64,000 nucleotides of DNA from Cladosporium halotolerans (Eukaryota). How positions within the stretch are numbered: the first letter of the stretch is position 1; every line of letters begins with the position of its first letter. Below are positions 46,321 to 59,537 of the stretch, in pieces. Both the position numbers and the translations under genes were made by a program. The notes under the pieces were generated by a model, which worked only from the letters and a program-made list of their open reading frames with translations, had not been told where the DNA came from and did no database searches. The stretch is taken from contig NW_027191456.1 in assembly GCF_011745625.1 (NCBI RefSeq), positions 806,001 to 870,000 of the forward strand, given 5' to 3'.

Positions 46321-47496
46321 ATGCCGCCGCAGATCAAGCAAGACCTGAACAGGTCAGGATGGGAGACGACCGACATGCCCTCCGTCTGCGAGCGCTGCCT
46401 CCCCGACAACCCTTACGTCCAGATGCTCAAGGAAGACTACGGCGCCGAGTGCAAGCTCTGCACGCGACCTTTCACCATCTTCCGCTGGAAAGCCGACCGG
46501 ACGGCGCGCCAAAAGCGCACTGGAATCTGCCTCACCTGCGCGCGTCTGAAGAACTGCTGCCAGTGCTGCATGCTGGATCTGAGTTTTGGTCTGCCGATCA
46601 CGATCAGAGATGCGGCGCTGAAGATGGTTGCGCCCGGGCCGCAGAGTGATGTCAACCGGGAGTATTTCGCGCAGAACAACGAGAAGGAGATTGAGGAGGG
46701 CAGAGGCTTGGAGGGATATGAGAAGACTGATGAGAAGGCGAGAGATTTGCTGAGAAGGCTTGCGAGTTCGGAGCCATACTACAAGAAACAGAGGAGGCTG
46801 GAACAGGAAGGCGAAGGGCAAAAGCTGTTAGAAGGCGGTGAGAGCTCTGAAGGCGCATCGAGAATAGGACCGATCAGGACGGCGGATGTTAAGAAATCGG
46901 CGTACGGATCTGCATACGCGACGTCAAAGGGCACCGTAGCTACCGCTCGCGGCGGCAAAGGGCCGGCGAGAGCTGGAAGGCCATTCCCGAGCGCGGCTGC
47001 TCTTCCACCCAAACCTGAAGATATTATGCCACCTTCGGACCCGAACATTACCTCTCTGTTCGTGACTGGCGTGGAGGACGACATGCCCGAACACGAGATC
47101 CGGACCTACTTCACACAGTTCGGCGCTCTTCGCAGCCTTGTCTGCAGTCATCGGTCACATTGCGCGTTTGTCAACTACATGGAGCGCGTGTCCGCCGAGA
47201 AAGCAGCTGCGACATGCCAGGGCCGTGCTCTGGTAAAGGGAGTGCCACTACGAGTGCAGTGGGGTCGTCCCAAGCCTTTGGACAGCATGGACAGAGACAC
47301 GAGGATGGAGAATGCGAAGGCGGGGAGGACGGCGCAAGGCACACCGAGGGCGGTTGGCGGGTCGAAAGCACCAAAAGCTATTACTGCGGGCTCTTCTGGT
47401 GCTGCCGCTGCTGGTGATGATCTCGACAGTCTTGCTGCAGTTGCGCCTCCGCCTGGACAGGATGATAAGCAGTACGCCGCTCAAAGCGGAGAGTGA
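46321..47496 (+). CDS. SLT11: Pre-mRNA splicing factor Slt11/Ecm2 (RBM22)
   Basis: WETTDMPSVCERCL, ECKLCTRPFTIFRW, KNCCQCCMLDL zinc finger; RRM TSLFVTG..HCAFVNY. Confidence 0.95.
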   Translation: MPPQIKQDLNRSGWETTDMPSVCERCLPDNPYVQMLKEDYGAECKLCTRPFTIFRWKADRTARQKRTGICLTCARLKNCCQCCMLDLSFGLPITIRDAALKMVAPGPQSDVNREYFAQNNEKEIEEGRGLEGYEKTDEKARDLLRRLASSEPYYKKQRRLEQEGEGQKLLEGGESSEGASRIGPIRTADVKKSAYGSAYATSKGTVATARGGKGPARAGRPFPSAAALPPKPEDIMPPSDPNITSLFVTGVEDDMPEHEIRTYFTQFGALRSLVCSHRSHCAFVNYMERVSAEKAAATCQGRALVKGVPLRVQWGRPKPLDSMDRDTRMENAKAGRTAQGTPRAVGGSKAPKAITAGSSGAAAAGDDLDSLAAVAPPPGQDDKQYAAQSGE

Positions 47497-48257
47497 AAAA
47501 TATCGTGATTGGAAAACTCGAGGCTTTGTGGTTTTGGTCAAGCGAGGCGTCCGGCGTTGTCAAAGAAGGATACGATTTGTATTGCTCACACCCGATCCAT
47601 ATATCGGTTTATCATTAGTTCTTTGCGCATGCGAAGATCACATGGATCTGTTTTCCCGGATGATGTAAAAGACAAAGCAACTTCGAAAAGAATGCATGCA
47701 TGTTCTAGTGCTGATTAGACAATTTCACAAGCTCCGGTCCCTCACGTAGTATGCGCAGCCACTGTTTGAAGCCATTCGTACATGGATCGTAGGCAGAGGG
47801 TCTAATCAAGCAATGCACGGATAGTTCAGCTTCGGAGATATAGAACTCGCTCTCGAAAGCTGTGAGAAAAGATCGCCGTGCCACTGAAGCGCGTGTTTCT
47901 TTCGTAAAGGGAGGAATAAGCATTTCAGAGACTTGGGGAATTTATACGCATTTTAGTAGCTAGTATACACTCGATGAAAAAGCTAATACATAGATTTCAA
48001 GTGTTGGGTTTCTTAATTGATCTTGCACATAGACGTTCGTTTGATTATCAGCCTTTTCGCGACGTTCGATGCAGCTGTCTTCCGAACCCGACCGGCGAAA
48101 ATAGTCCGCAAAGGTTGAGGTCCCAAAGCTTTGAATCGCCAACAACACCAGCCTTGCTCCCACCACCACCGCACCACACCACCCCTCTTTCACTCGCTTA
48201 TACCCTCCTACCCTCACCCTCACTCCCCGAGCCACCAGGACTCTCACATCCGCGACC

Positions 48258-49597
48258 ATGTTCGGTGCTCGCCTGTCCCGCGCTCTGCGCGCCACCCCCT
48301 CCGCAGCTTTCCCGAGATCTCAGACTGCTTTCCAGAGAATGCCCGCCCTGAGGGTGCAGCGCGGCTACGCTTCGGCCGGTGGTGTCAAGGAGATGGCTGT
48401 CCGTGATGCGCTCAACGAGGCCATGGCCGAGGAGATGGAGAGGAACGATAAGGTTTTCGTCCTGGGTGAGGAGGTCGCTCAGTACAACGGCGCGTGAGTC
48501 TACCCGTGCACATGCATGGCCGCAGCAGAGTCGTTTCGGATCGCTTGCAGAGAAAGAGCTGGGGTATTGTGTTCGCGACCGAAAGCTTTGCGTGCCGATC
48601 GCATGTGCGGCGCACAGATGGTATGCAGGAGAAAGCAAGCTGACAGGACACCTTCTACAGCTACAAGGTCACCAAAGGCCTGCTCGACCGCTTCGGCGAC
48701 AAGCGTGTCATTGACTCTCCTATCACCGAGTCTGGTTTCTGCGGTCTCACCGTCGGTGCCGCCCTCGCTGGCCTCCACCCCGTCTGCGAGTTCATGACCT
48801 TCAACTTCGCCATGCAGGCCATTGACCAGATCATCAACTCTGCCGCCAAGACCCACTACATGTCCGGTGGTATCCAGCCTTGCAACATCACTTTCCGTGG
48901 CCCCAACGGTTTCGCCGCTGGTGTCGGTGCCCAGCACTCCCAGGACTACTCCGCCTGGTACGGCTCCATCCCTGGTCTTAAGGTTGTTGCGCCCTACTCT
49001 TCCGAGGATGCCAAGGGTCTCCTCAAGGCCGCCATCCGCGACCCCAACCCCGTCTGTGTCCTTGAGAACGAGCTCCTCTACGGTCTTACCTTCCCCATGA
49101 GCGAGGAGGCCCAGAGGGACGACTTTGTCCTTCCCGTAAGTGCTTGCGATATATGAGTCCAGACGCCAGCTTCTCTAACAACATTCCAGATCGGCAAGGC
49201 CAAGATCGAGCGCCCCGGCAAGGACCTCACCATCGTCACCCTCTCCCGCTGCGTCGGCCAGTCCCTGGTCGCCGCCGAGGCCCTCCAGAAGAAGTACGGC
49301 ATCGAGGCTGAGGTTATCAACCTCCGCTCCATCAAGCCCCTCGACGTCGAGACCATCATCAACTCCGTCAAGAAGACTGGCGCCATGATGGCCGTCGAGT
49401 CCGGCTTCCCCTCCTTCGGTGTCACCGCCGAGATCATCGCCCTCACCTCCGAGTACGCCTTCGACTACCTGAACGCCCCTCCCGTCCGTGTCACTGGCGC
49501 CGAGGTCCCCACCCCGTACGCCGAGAAGCTCGAGAAGATGTCCTTCCCCGACGAGGACCTGATCGAGAAGTACGCCGCCAAGCTCCTCAGGGTGTAA
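48258..49597 (+). CDS. PDB1: Pyruvate dehydrogenase E1 beta subunit, mitochondrial
   Basis: Exons 48258-48493, 48661-49135, 49190-49597; [44 protein letters not shown]. Confidence 0.97.
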
Positions 49598-52500
49598 GCG
49601 CGCAGTTTCCCCCACAGCTTCACGAGCGATGATACGGGAACGCGAGCTCGAGGAAGGCAAACAAACTACACGTTGCGTCGCAGTGAGTCGTTCCGAGCGG
49701 GCGCCGCTCACGCGATGGCAACATAATGGGGCGTCAACGGTGTTGGAAAAAAGCGTCTGCTCGGCGCGCTGGAAATGAGATGGCGGAAGGTTCTCCCCTG
49801 GCTGCCACGAGAATGGGCCGTGCAAGGGACGCCGCTTGTATTGTACGCGAGCATTGGTGTTGTCTATGCTGTGTGTGTCTTTTCCCCCTTACCCGGTATA
49901 CCGATCGAGTTGGTAGTGACACAGCTACTTTTTTATTGTTACATAAACGTCGTTTATTTGCTAGCCGCCCCCTCTGTATCTAGGTAGGAGTCTGCGCGAG
50001 GGCATAGCGTGGGCTTCTTGATTATATCTATCTCTATGACCCGCGTCACGTTTCACTTTCTCTCCATCTGGTGGCGGAGTAGCTGCTTGCGAATGAACGT
50101 GGTCCCCTCATTGGCCGTGGCTACATTGACGCACATGGCTTTCTCTTTGGCTCGACGATGGCTGAGTTCCAAGCATGGCTTGAGCAGGGACTATCACCGG
50201 AAACTGCACAAGTGTCTTCATGTGCAGGTATTATTCGTACGTGTCGCGGGGAGCACTGCCTCCGCCTCCCCGTGCCGTCCATGCTGGATATCCAGACGCT
50301 TCTACAACCGGCCAATAAAGGCATTGCGGCATCGATACCGGTGCGCCGTCAGTTTCGACTCGTGACCGCCGGCAACAGAACATTCTGACCCGTAATCTCT
50401 GAAGGATTTGACCCGCACGTCACGGCGGGCAAGGCAGGAAGAGCAGCCCTAGGGTAAGAAGCAGAGGGAGTATCATGCCCAGGCCCGAAGCACGATTGAG
50501 ACGTCATGGCATGCGGGACAGCTGCCCTCCCCTGGCAGCAGGAGATATATCAAGCCACGTCGGACGCCACGTCTGAGGGCGCAGGTGAGACATGCGCGCA
50601 GCGTGCTGCTGGCCTGTATGTACTGTATAGCTAAGTTAGGGCTCTAAGCGCTTTGTGCGACCCCAATGCCAGGCATCTCCCGCGTCTGCCAGCTCGCACT
50701 CGCTCGCGGGCTTCTAGCGAGCTTCTGTCTGGTCGGAAAGGTTTCTTCGCTTCTTTGGCGGGGCGGAACCGGGTTCATAGAGCGTTGCACGACGGCAGGC
50801 AGGGCGGCACGGCAGGTTATCGTTGCTCAGGCCATGTGGGAGACACGTGCGGGTTTGGCTGGCGGGACCCTTGGTGCATGCGGCGCCTGCATGGATGGAG
50901 TTCCACACGCGATTGCATCTGGCAAACTCCGTGGGTGGCTGCTTGAGGGCTGAAGAATAGGAGGGGAGAGGGATTGGGGGCGAGTCATTGCTCCGCTGAC
51001 TGGTTTGAGACGGGCATGCTGGGGTGTTGTCTGTTAGAGGCAGAGATCGACGTCGATAGACAGGCGAAGCTTCGAAAATACGATTTTACGTGACACGACG
51101 CCGTTTGACGTGCAGCAGAAGGGTGGCACGATATCATTGTCGAGCGACGACGACGTATCTGGCCTCGTGGCGCGCACGCGAGGATCGACGGTGCGGCGGC
51201 ATAACGGGGCGTTTTGGACATCCGCTACTGGACGTACGGGTGCGACAGCTGGCTGCGGACTTCACGTCTGGATCTAGGGGCGCCCCCGGCCTGATCCGAG
51301 ACGATTTGAGCTATACTTTGGGCCCAGGGCGGCTGGTAGCGAAGTATCAGGTTGATGCTGTTGGGTCGGAAATGCTCGGCGGAGAGCTGATGTTGCGGGC
51401 GTTTTAAGATGACATGTGAGCATGAAGGTAGGGGTATCGTGGCATAGACGGAGACAGCGCCATTTCCAGATCGTCTCAGACGCTCTCTTCCGATAATCGA
51501 ATAGGCAGGATCGTAGATAGAAGGCATTAGGTATGTGGGGTGGCGTCCAGAAGCATGTTCGTCCGATGTTTAGCGCGCGATCTCCCGATCCCAGCGCAAA
51601 GGTTCAGCGAGGCGGGCCCACAGCTTTCCGTTGGCGCGGAAAGCTTGGAGACGACGCGCTTCACTTCACTTTTGCCTGATGATTTCGCAACCCAGCAGGC
51701 AGATGAGACACGTCCATGGAATAGTGCACTGCATAGTCACCGAGCCATCCCTGCGACGACATGCAGATGCCATGCCCTGCTAGTGCTTCCTCATCCCGCG
51801 CACGGAGTGCTCCATCTTCCTCTCTGCTATTGGCCTTTTATACACTAGTCAGGAGCAAAGCTTCAGCCGGCGTGCAGCGGAGTTCCTCGGATCTGCTCGA
51901 TCCATGTCCGGTGCCTACAACATCCTATACCTTCGACCAGCCATGCTTTGCACCAGCCTAGGGCAATCCACTTCTCCCACCATCCGTCCCAGCGGCGCGA
52001 TTTTCGCAAGCTTTGTCACGCTCTAGGTGGCTGCCGTATATGCTCAGGCCATCCGGTGGCTGTTCGTAAGTCCACCGGAGCTCTGTCACACGATCGCCCG
52101 TTGCGGTCCCGTTTGTCTGCTTGGATGGATCAGAGCCGAACGCGAACCTGTGATGCCTGACGCTTTGGAGAAGCCTTCCCGCCTGACAGACTCCACTGCG
52201 TGAGTGGCTAAACTCTGCTTCTTGCCGTGTCCGCCTGCAGGGGCATGTTGCCATGTATGACGATACCTGCACGATCGCGTGGCATCCGACCAGGTACGAT
52301 GAAGAGGTGATAGACGGAAGCCACGTCGGCTCGCCCGCTTAGCGAGGCTGCTCACATTGGCCATGCTGTGGCAGCCATCAAGCCGCGCGATATCGCGACG
52401 GAATGCAGCGATATCAATGCCATACGCGATGGATGTTATGGCGCTGGCATACCCTAAAAAGTGGGACGTCCGTAGGATTTGATATATCTGCAGGCAGGCT

Positions 52501-52756
52501 CTTAAGGGTAAGTGACAACCGTTGACCTCTGCCGCGCCACCGATGCTAGTTCCGAGTACGAAACATCGTTGGGTTCGTGCAGAATTCCATCATAAAAGGG
52601 CACGGCCTGATAGTCGCGACCCGGCCATCACCGAGCGCACCATACGAACCAATCTCGTCCGTTGTCACACGCACTTTCTTCGCTCACACACCTTCTTCAT
52701 TCTGCGTCGACTAGCATCCCCGCCACCTTAACCCATCGCACTATCAAATCACAATC

Positions 52757-53494
52757 GTGGCCTCACAACTGCTCCAGCTCCCTCGCGAGCTGCGCGAGTA
52801 TATCTGTCTCATCGCCCTTCAGAACACTTACACGCCCATCTCGCTGCTCACAACTTGCCACCAACTAAACATGGAAGCCCAACCACTACTCTACCACCGA
52901 CCGATCAAACACTCCTCCCAATCCAAACTCTTCGAATGGATCAAACGAAGCCGGGCCCAAAACCTCAAACACGTCCGCAGCCTCACCCTCCACCTCACAG
53001 ACATCGACCTGCAAACCATCCTCCTCTCGCCAAATCGACGACCACCAACACAACCTCAGCACCAGAATCCCAATCAGAAATCAACCCAACTCCCTCCACA
53101 GCACCACCAAACCACCCCAACAGCCTACTCCCTCTACGAACTCGAACTCTCCCACCTCGACTCCTCCCTCCGCGCCCTCCCCAACCTCGCCGAAATCACC
53201 CTCGTGCCGCCCAGAGCGATGCACTCCCAGCTGCTCCGCGGCATGTACCTGTCGCTTCTGGCCCTCATCCCCCGCTTGCACCCGGGCCTGAAATTGCTCG
53301 TCGTCCACGATGACGCGGCGGTGCTGGATATCGTCACGGCGCTGCGGGATCTGCCGAGGGTGCTGTTCAAGGACTCGCACGGTGGCAAGGAGGGCGCGGA
53401 GGGGAGGGGAAAGAAGGCGGTGGGGGCTGCGGCTAGGTGCAAGGTGTTGAGGGGGAGGGAGGTTGAGGTTAAGGTTGAGAGGGAGGAGAGCTAG
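52757..53494 (+). CDS. F-box-like hypothetical protein with apparent GTG start
   Basis: ASQLLQLPRELREYICLIAL..LLTTCHQLNMEAQPLLY; in-frame stop at 52712-52714 and no ATG before the motif. Confidence 0.65.
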   Translation: MASQLLQLPRELREYICLIALQNTYTPISLLTTCHQLNMEAQPLLYHRPIKHSSQSKLFEWIKRSRAQNLKHVRSLTLHLTDIDLQTILLSPNRRPPTQPQHQNPNQKSTQLPPQHHQTTPTAYSLYELELSHLDSSLRALPNLAEITLVPPRAMHSQLLRGMYLSLLALIPRLHPGLKLLVVHDDAAVLDIVTALRDLPRVLFKDSHGGKEGAEGRGKKAVGAAARCKVLRGREVEVKVEREES

Positions 53495-53761
53495 CGTTTG
53501 GGGTTTGGTATGCTTTCGGATGCCGATATGTATTCGCGGGGTTTTGTTTTAAATCAACGGTTGCTTTCGTTTGTGAGGGAGATATGCGGCCGGTGCCACT
53601 GAAGGGGTTGGTGGTCCGATGATGTAATTTACCTTGCGACGATACGAGGCGTGAGACTGAAGGGGAAGGGAACGCATGCATGTAATGAACCGCTTGCATT
53701 GGGCATCGCCGCTAAATGATCATGAATCAAAAAAACCCAGAATTCCGAATCCAAACCCCAA

Positions 53762-56700
53762 TCACGCCAACTGTTTAAGCGCATACCCGAACAAACCGCC
53801 CATACTGACCCAGCCCCACCCGCTCTTATCCAAGAACGCCTTCACAACGTCCCCACACACCGCGAAGCGCTCCCTGTTCATCCCCGCCAGCACCTTGACC
53901 TTCTCGTTCTCCCCGTTCTTCACAAGACTCTGAGCCATCTTGTCCAGCGTCTTGTCCACGTCGAACATGCCCTGCAAGTACAGCAGCTGGTTGTACAGCG
54001 CCTTCTCGGTGTACTCGAACGCCATGCGGCCGGAGCAGCCGTACGCGAGGCCCTTGGGGCCCAAGCAGCGGTGGCCGTAGACGGACATCTGCCGCGTGCG
54101 GGCGTTGCAAGCTGCGTCGTCGCAGACCAGCCAGCCGGAGTAGTAGCGCGACGTGTGTTGGCGGATGGCCGTTTCGAGCTGCGCGCTCAGAGTGAGCGTT
54201 GACATTGGCTTCTTGCAGTTTGCGCGAGGGCAGGTGAGGCCGTTGTTTGACAGGACGCTGAGGGGCACCAGAGGCTCTTCGTTCGCGGGGGGAGTGTAGT
54301 TGAAGCCACGGTACTCGAAGTGGTGCTTGCAGCCCAAGCAGAGCAAGTTCAGCGGCTCGCAGTCCTTGAAGCGAATGTGATCGGGGATCTGGCTTTCCAG
54401 CGTCGTGATCTCGTTCGTTTGCTCGCCGGACTTCGAGGCGCTTGAGACGCGGTACTTGCTGGTGTCCAAGCCTAGACATTCCGCCAGGAGCGTGACGTTT
54501 GTGCCCGTGATAGGGGCGCAGAGACGCTCGACTGGCGGCAGAATCTGCTTGTGCAGGTAGTAATCGACGTCCGGAACGAGGTCAGAGTCCTTTGCCAGGA
54601 CCTCGTCCATCGGATGAGCGTTCTTTGCCGCATGTTCTGCCGAGTTCGCACTGTTTCCGCAGATGACGAAGCTCATCACGTCCTTGGCTTTGACGACCTT
54701 GCCCTTTGCCATGAGCTTGAGAGCAACCTGTACTGAGGGCATGGAACCACCATTGGGGTAGTCTTGAGGGTTCTTGCCGAGCTGAGTGTAAATCGTGTAC
54801 TTGTACGCAGGGATGGAATTGCTGCGCATTCTCTCGCCCAGATCGCGGAGGTAGTCGTGGACTTGAGAAACGACCTTTTCTGGATCTTCGCCTGAGAGAA
54901 GATGCTTCAGAAGATCTCTGTTTGGGAAATTAGCATATTGTACGTTTAGTGAAGCCTGGGCGAACTTACTCTGAAGTATCCTTGGACAACTGACAGTATT
55001 CTCTGCGCTTCATGTCCAGACCCTTGACGTCCAATTTTTCCTTCCATACACCATCACTTTCGGTCATTGTGATGGCTGCGTACTTCTTCTTCGCATGTAG
55101 CAACAATCTCCTGAAGATATGATCGATCTCAATCTCCAGCAGCTCATACTGGTCGTTGACCGTCTTCTGGAACTCCTTTGCCATCTTCACAGCATCAGAA
55201 ATGTTATCCATGTTGGTGTTGACCATGACGGAGTCAGTGTCACCGTAGATGACGCGAAGCGCGTGCTGGCCCTCAGCAATATCCTTTGTTGACCTGAGAA
55301 TCTCTCGACCTTTACTGGTCGTAAGAGCTGCCAAAGGTCGAGCATAGAAGCGAGATTTGGTGTAACCCAAGCATCCGTACATAGAGTTGGCCGTCAACTT
55401 CAACGCTTGTTGTTTGACGTCCCATGTGGCTCTCTGATCTTCGGTTGCACTCTTGTCCTTCATAAGCTTCTTGACTTCTCTTCTCCGGCTGACCAGAGTT
55501 CGAATGAGCCTGGGAAGAATGCCCTTGTTTGCGGTGTTCTCGGGCACTTCAGGAACCCTCTCGTCGTCTTCGCCGATGTCGCCTCGCTCGATTGTCGTGA
55601 AGCAGATGTTGAACTCCTGGATGATACTGGGGTACAGCGAGTTGAAATCCATGACCATGATGAACTTGTCGTAGAGGCCCTTTTCGGGCTCGAAGACGAG
55701 ACCACCCTTGAACTTGTCTTTCTTCTTGCTCTCGCCGCCCTCGTCGCCTTCGGGATTGGCTTCTTCCAGCTTCTTGTTTGATGCGCCTTTGCCGTATACC
55801 TTGTCGGGGCAGATGTACTTGTTGCGGTAGAATTCGTGGAGCAGAATGTACTCGTTACGCTCGGCTCTCGTACCACTAAGTGTACGTGCCCAAGAGTTAC
55901 CAGCCAAGTTGGTCAGCACCTTTGTAAGAGGAAGCAGTTGACGCTTCAGTGCGAGTGCTGCAATGAAATACGTGTCGGCCTCGCAGAGCTTGACATAGTT
56001 GATCAAGCCTGCCCTTGACGTGGCCATGGCGAGCGCCTTGTCACTGTCGATTTCTCTGCGCTTGTTGTTTCCACCCAAGTGCAAAGCCACCATTTCGTCC
56101 AGACTCCAGCTTTGACACCCGGTCATGATAGATTTACCCATGTCGTTCGAGATGTCACAGAGCAATCGACCAGCGGCCAAGTGCCGTTCGGCGAAAAAGC
56201 TTGCGCCTCCCTTACCGATATTTTTTGGCCATTCGCTACGCTTCAGCCTTCCAATGCGGTGCCAGCCAGGAGTCTTGCGGTCTCGCATTCTGGTCAGAAG
56301 TACGTTGAAGTCAATGTCATCCAGCTTGTGGCCCATTATCGCGTCAGGGTCGTATTTCTGGAAGATGGCGAGCAGCTTGCTCAGCAAAGCGCCCTCATTC
56401 TTCTCCATGCTGATGATGGAGCCCCGGTGCTTTTCAGCCTCCAGCTTGAACCCGATAGGGTACTCGCCATTTGGACGCATCACCGTGAATGATCGAGATG
56501 CCATTTTCTCGGGTGGAGTTGTGTCGGTGAGCGAGACATCTTCGTAGAATCGGACATTGGCTACAAGAATCTCATTCTTGTTCTCCTTTGCGTTCATCGT
56601 GGTCCGAAGCGCTATCGACATGAGAGTGAGTGGTGGAGCATCCAGGTTGTCCGTGTCGCCCAACGTAGAAATGTTGTTAGGCTTATCAACCTGCAGCTCA

Positions 56701-58283
56701 AGCTTGCACCAAGATGCGTTGTTGACGGCATTGAAGTTGCCATTCTCAATCTTAAGCCAGCAAGGTCCCATGATGTTCTTCCACATCACGAACTGTTCAA
56801 AAAGCGCGGTGTTGGTGCCGAAAACATGCGAGAAGGTCTGGCCGCTGAGATCCATAGACAAGGCCGGCTTGTTGTAGGGGTATAGCAGCTTCAGGTACTC
56901 TGCCTCCCTGGGCACCTCGGCCATCTCGAAGGCGTATTTGCGGGTGCAGGGCTTGATCTTGTGCATTGTCACGTTTGACTTTGACATGAGCTCGTCCACT
57001 TCGCCGTAGACGTCGCCCATCTCAACTTCTTCGTCGGTGTCTCTGCCATGGCGTTTTCGGTATTCTCGAGGAAGGAAGTACAATTTGCGCAAAATGTTGT
57101 CCACTTTTACAAAGCATGACACAAACGCGCCGGTGTTCTTGTTCTTGACCTTGCCAAAAAGGCATAGACTGCCATTGACTTCGGTATAATCGGTCCAGAA
57201 GAATCGGAGGCTGCCGTCTTCCTCAACTGCGTCCTGCTCGCTGATTTTGCCAGCAGCAACAGCGCCTGTTTGGGGGCTGCTGAGGATGTTCAGTTGCTCT
57301 GTGACATTGTTGACTGCAGACATGTCGATGTCGTCGATCGGTGCTCGTGTTGGCGATGAACTGGCCGGGGTAGGGTAGACAGGCTGTGCGATCTTGGGGA
57401 CTGGTCTACTCCCTCTCATGTTGATGTTGGCAGCCTTCAAATTCGAGTGTGCGGCGACCTCTGCAACCTCCATCAAGTCATCCTCTTCCGTCGGCTCTTC
57501 TTTGATCGTTGCCTGTTCTCGTCGCTCTGCAGCTTTTACAGCAGGTGATGAAGGTAGGGCTGGATCGCTCATTGGAACGTCGTCTTGTTGTTGGGGAACG
57601 AAGTATGCGTCGTCATCGTCTTGAGTCGAAGGAGCGTCTGCTGTTGGCAGGTCGGGTTGCTCTGCATGGCGACTTCGTGCAGGCGCCCTATCCTCCACTG
57701 GAGGAGAGAGGACCCTGGTCTTCCGTCGGTCGCTGCTCTTCACGGTCTTGCCATGAGATGGTGCTTTGCTCGGAATGTTAGTGTCGACTTCGCCTAAGAG
57801 ACTCGCCATGAAGGCATCGTCGTCGGCTGTGCGTGCAAGCTTGGGCTTTGGAGCGGCTGTGGCGGTGTTTTTGCTGAAATACTTGTTGATCCCCTTGTTC
57901 AGCTTCTCTTGTCGCTCCGCATCTTCTTCGCGCTTTCGTTTCGCTGGGTCTCGTCAGAGTGCAAGATTGCAGGTATAGCGGATGCGTAGAGACATACCTG
58001 CTTTGCTATGTTTTGGCAGATCTCCATCGCTTTCGCTATCGTCGTATGCTTGTTGCTCGTTTTGCCAATCCTCACGACCGTCGTCCACATATCCTTCGCC
58101 GTTGTCGTCTACAACGAAATCATCTTGGTCCAATCTGCTTCTCACAACTTTCTTGTAGCCTTCTTCGTCGACAGTCTCGTACAGGTCTTTTGCCTCCTCG
58201 ACTTCATATGTGTCGAATCCAGTCTTTCCAGCTGCTCGCAGAGCGCGAAGTCGTGCAAGAGCGTCGGCTCTGGAGGGAGCCAT
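53762..58283 (-). CDS. POL1: DNA polymerase alpha catalytic subunit
   Basis: Exons 58283-57998, 57943-54970, 54917-53762; [40 protein letters not shown]-terminal zinc fingers. Confidence 0.97.
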
Positions 58284-58430
58284 GGTGATTTAATATATTA
58301 TTGTGTAATGCGTATGCAATCGTGTCGGTGCCAGAGAGGGCTTCACATCCGGTGCAGCATGTGAATATGCTGGAAAACGTGGGGCGATGTCTTGTAGTGA
58401 GGACAATCAATATGCTTGGTAGAGGAAAGT

Positions 58431-58508
58431 ACGCGGTCGTCGGAGGGGAACTCGAGCACGCGAACGCGCCTGCCGCTAAAGTGGAAACGCGACGCGGAGA
58501 GGTCGCGT
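58431..58508. promoter_or_regulatory. Cluster of six MCB-like ACGCG cores in the POL1/RPL13 divergent promoter
   Basis: ACGCG at 58431, 58458, 58464, 58487, 58492 and CGCGT at 58504; POL1 is a classic MBF target in yeasts. Confidence 0.6.
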
Positions 58509-58690
58509 TCTGCGCTAGCATCCACTCTGGGCCTAGTGCCGGGAGCACCCTTCGACCCACGCCAAGATTCTGCGGCCCGCGCACAGTCGACGCAGAAATG
58601 GACTTTTGCGAACTTCGCAGCTGTGTGATCTTGCGAAACGACACCGACGACCCTTCGACAAGACCGATCGCTTGATCCAATACCGCAAAA

Positions 58691-59537
58691 ATGGCTATCA
58701 AGCACAACCAGATGATCCCGCACAACCGTAAGAATTCGCCCCCGCCGCGCATGCGATGAGACGAAAATATTTGGCAGGCTCTGACATGTTGCAGATTTCC
58801 GCAAGGATTGGCAGCGTCGCGTCCGCGTGCACTTCGACCAGGTAATTCCCCTCTCACCTTGAGAGCAGCGGCGCCTGCAGTGCATAGATCGCAAATGTCC
58901 TGACACAACCTTTATAGCCTGGCAAGAAGGCCAGCCGCCGTGTGCACCGCCAGGAGAAGGCCGCCAAGGTCGCTCCTAAGCCCGTCGACAAGCTCCGCCC
59001 GGTCGTCCGTTGCCCCAGCGTCAAGTACAACCGCCGTGTTCGTGCTGGCCGTGGTTTCTCCCTCGCTGAGCTGAAGGTACGACTGAACTTTTTAAAGACG
59101 AGATCGCAGGCACAGTGCTAACAAAGCTCCCACAGGAGGCCAACATCCCCCGCAAGCTTGCGCGCACCATCGGTATCTCCGTCGACCCCCGCCGCCAGAA
59201 CCTGAGCGAGGAGTCCCTCAAGGCCAACGTCGAGCGCCTGAAGGCCTACCAGCAGCGCCTCATCCTCTTCCCGCGCAACTCCAAGGCCCCCAAGAAGGGT
59301 GAGGCCAGCGCTGAGGAGGCTAAGGCCGCCAAGGAGGGCAACAACGTCCGCCTCACCGGCCAGGCCTTCCCCATCGACAACAAGGTCACCGTCCAGGAGG
59401 GCAAGCTCTCCGACTACCCCTCCACCGAGAACGCCTACCGCACTCTCCGTGACGCCCGTTCTGAGGCCCGCCTTGTTGGCAAGCGCGAGAAGCGCGCCAA
59501 GGCCAAGGCTGAGGAGGAGGAGGCCAAGAAGAAATAA
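58691..59537 (+). CDS. RPL13: 60S ribosomal protein L13 (eL13)
   Basis: Exons 58691-58727, 58795-58841, 58918-59076, 59136-59537; [44 protein letters not shown]. Confidence 0.97.

Noticed and set aside
50427..50449. GGGCAAGGCAGGAAGAGCAGCCC, SRP-helix-8-like
   Set aside because: Apical stem is only 1 bp; no other SRP features
58752..58785. C/D-like boxes in RPL13 intron 1
   Set aside because: Too close together; the CTGA is the branch point
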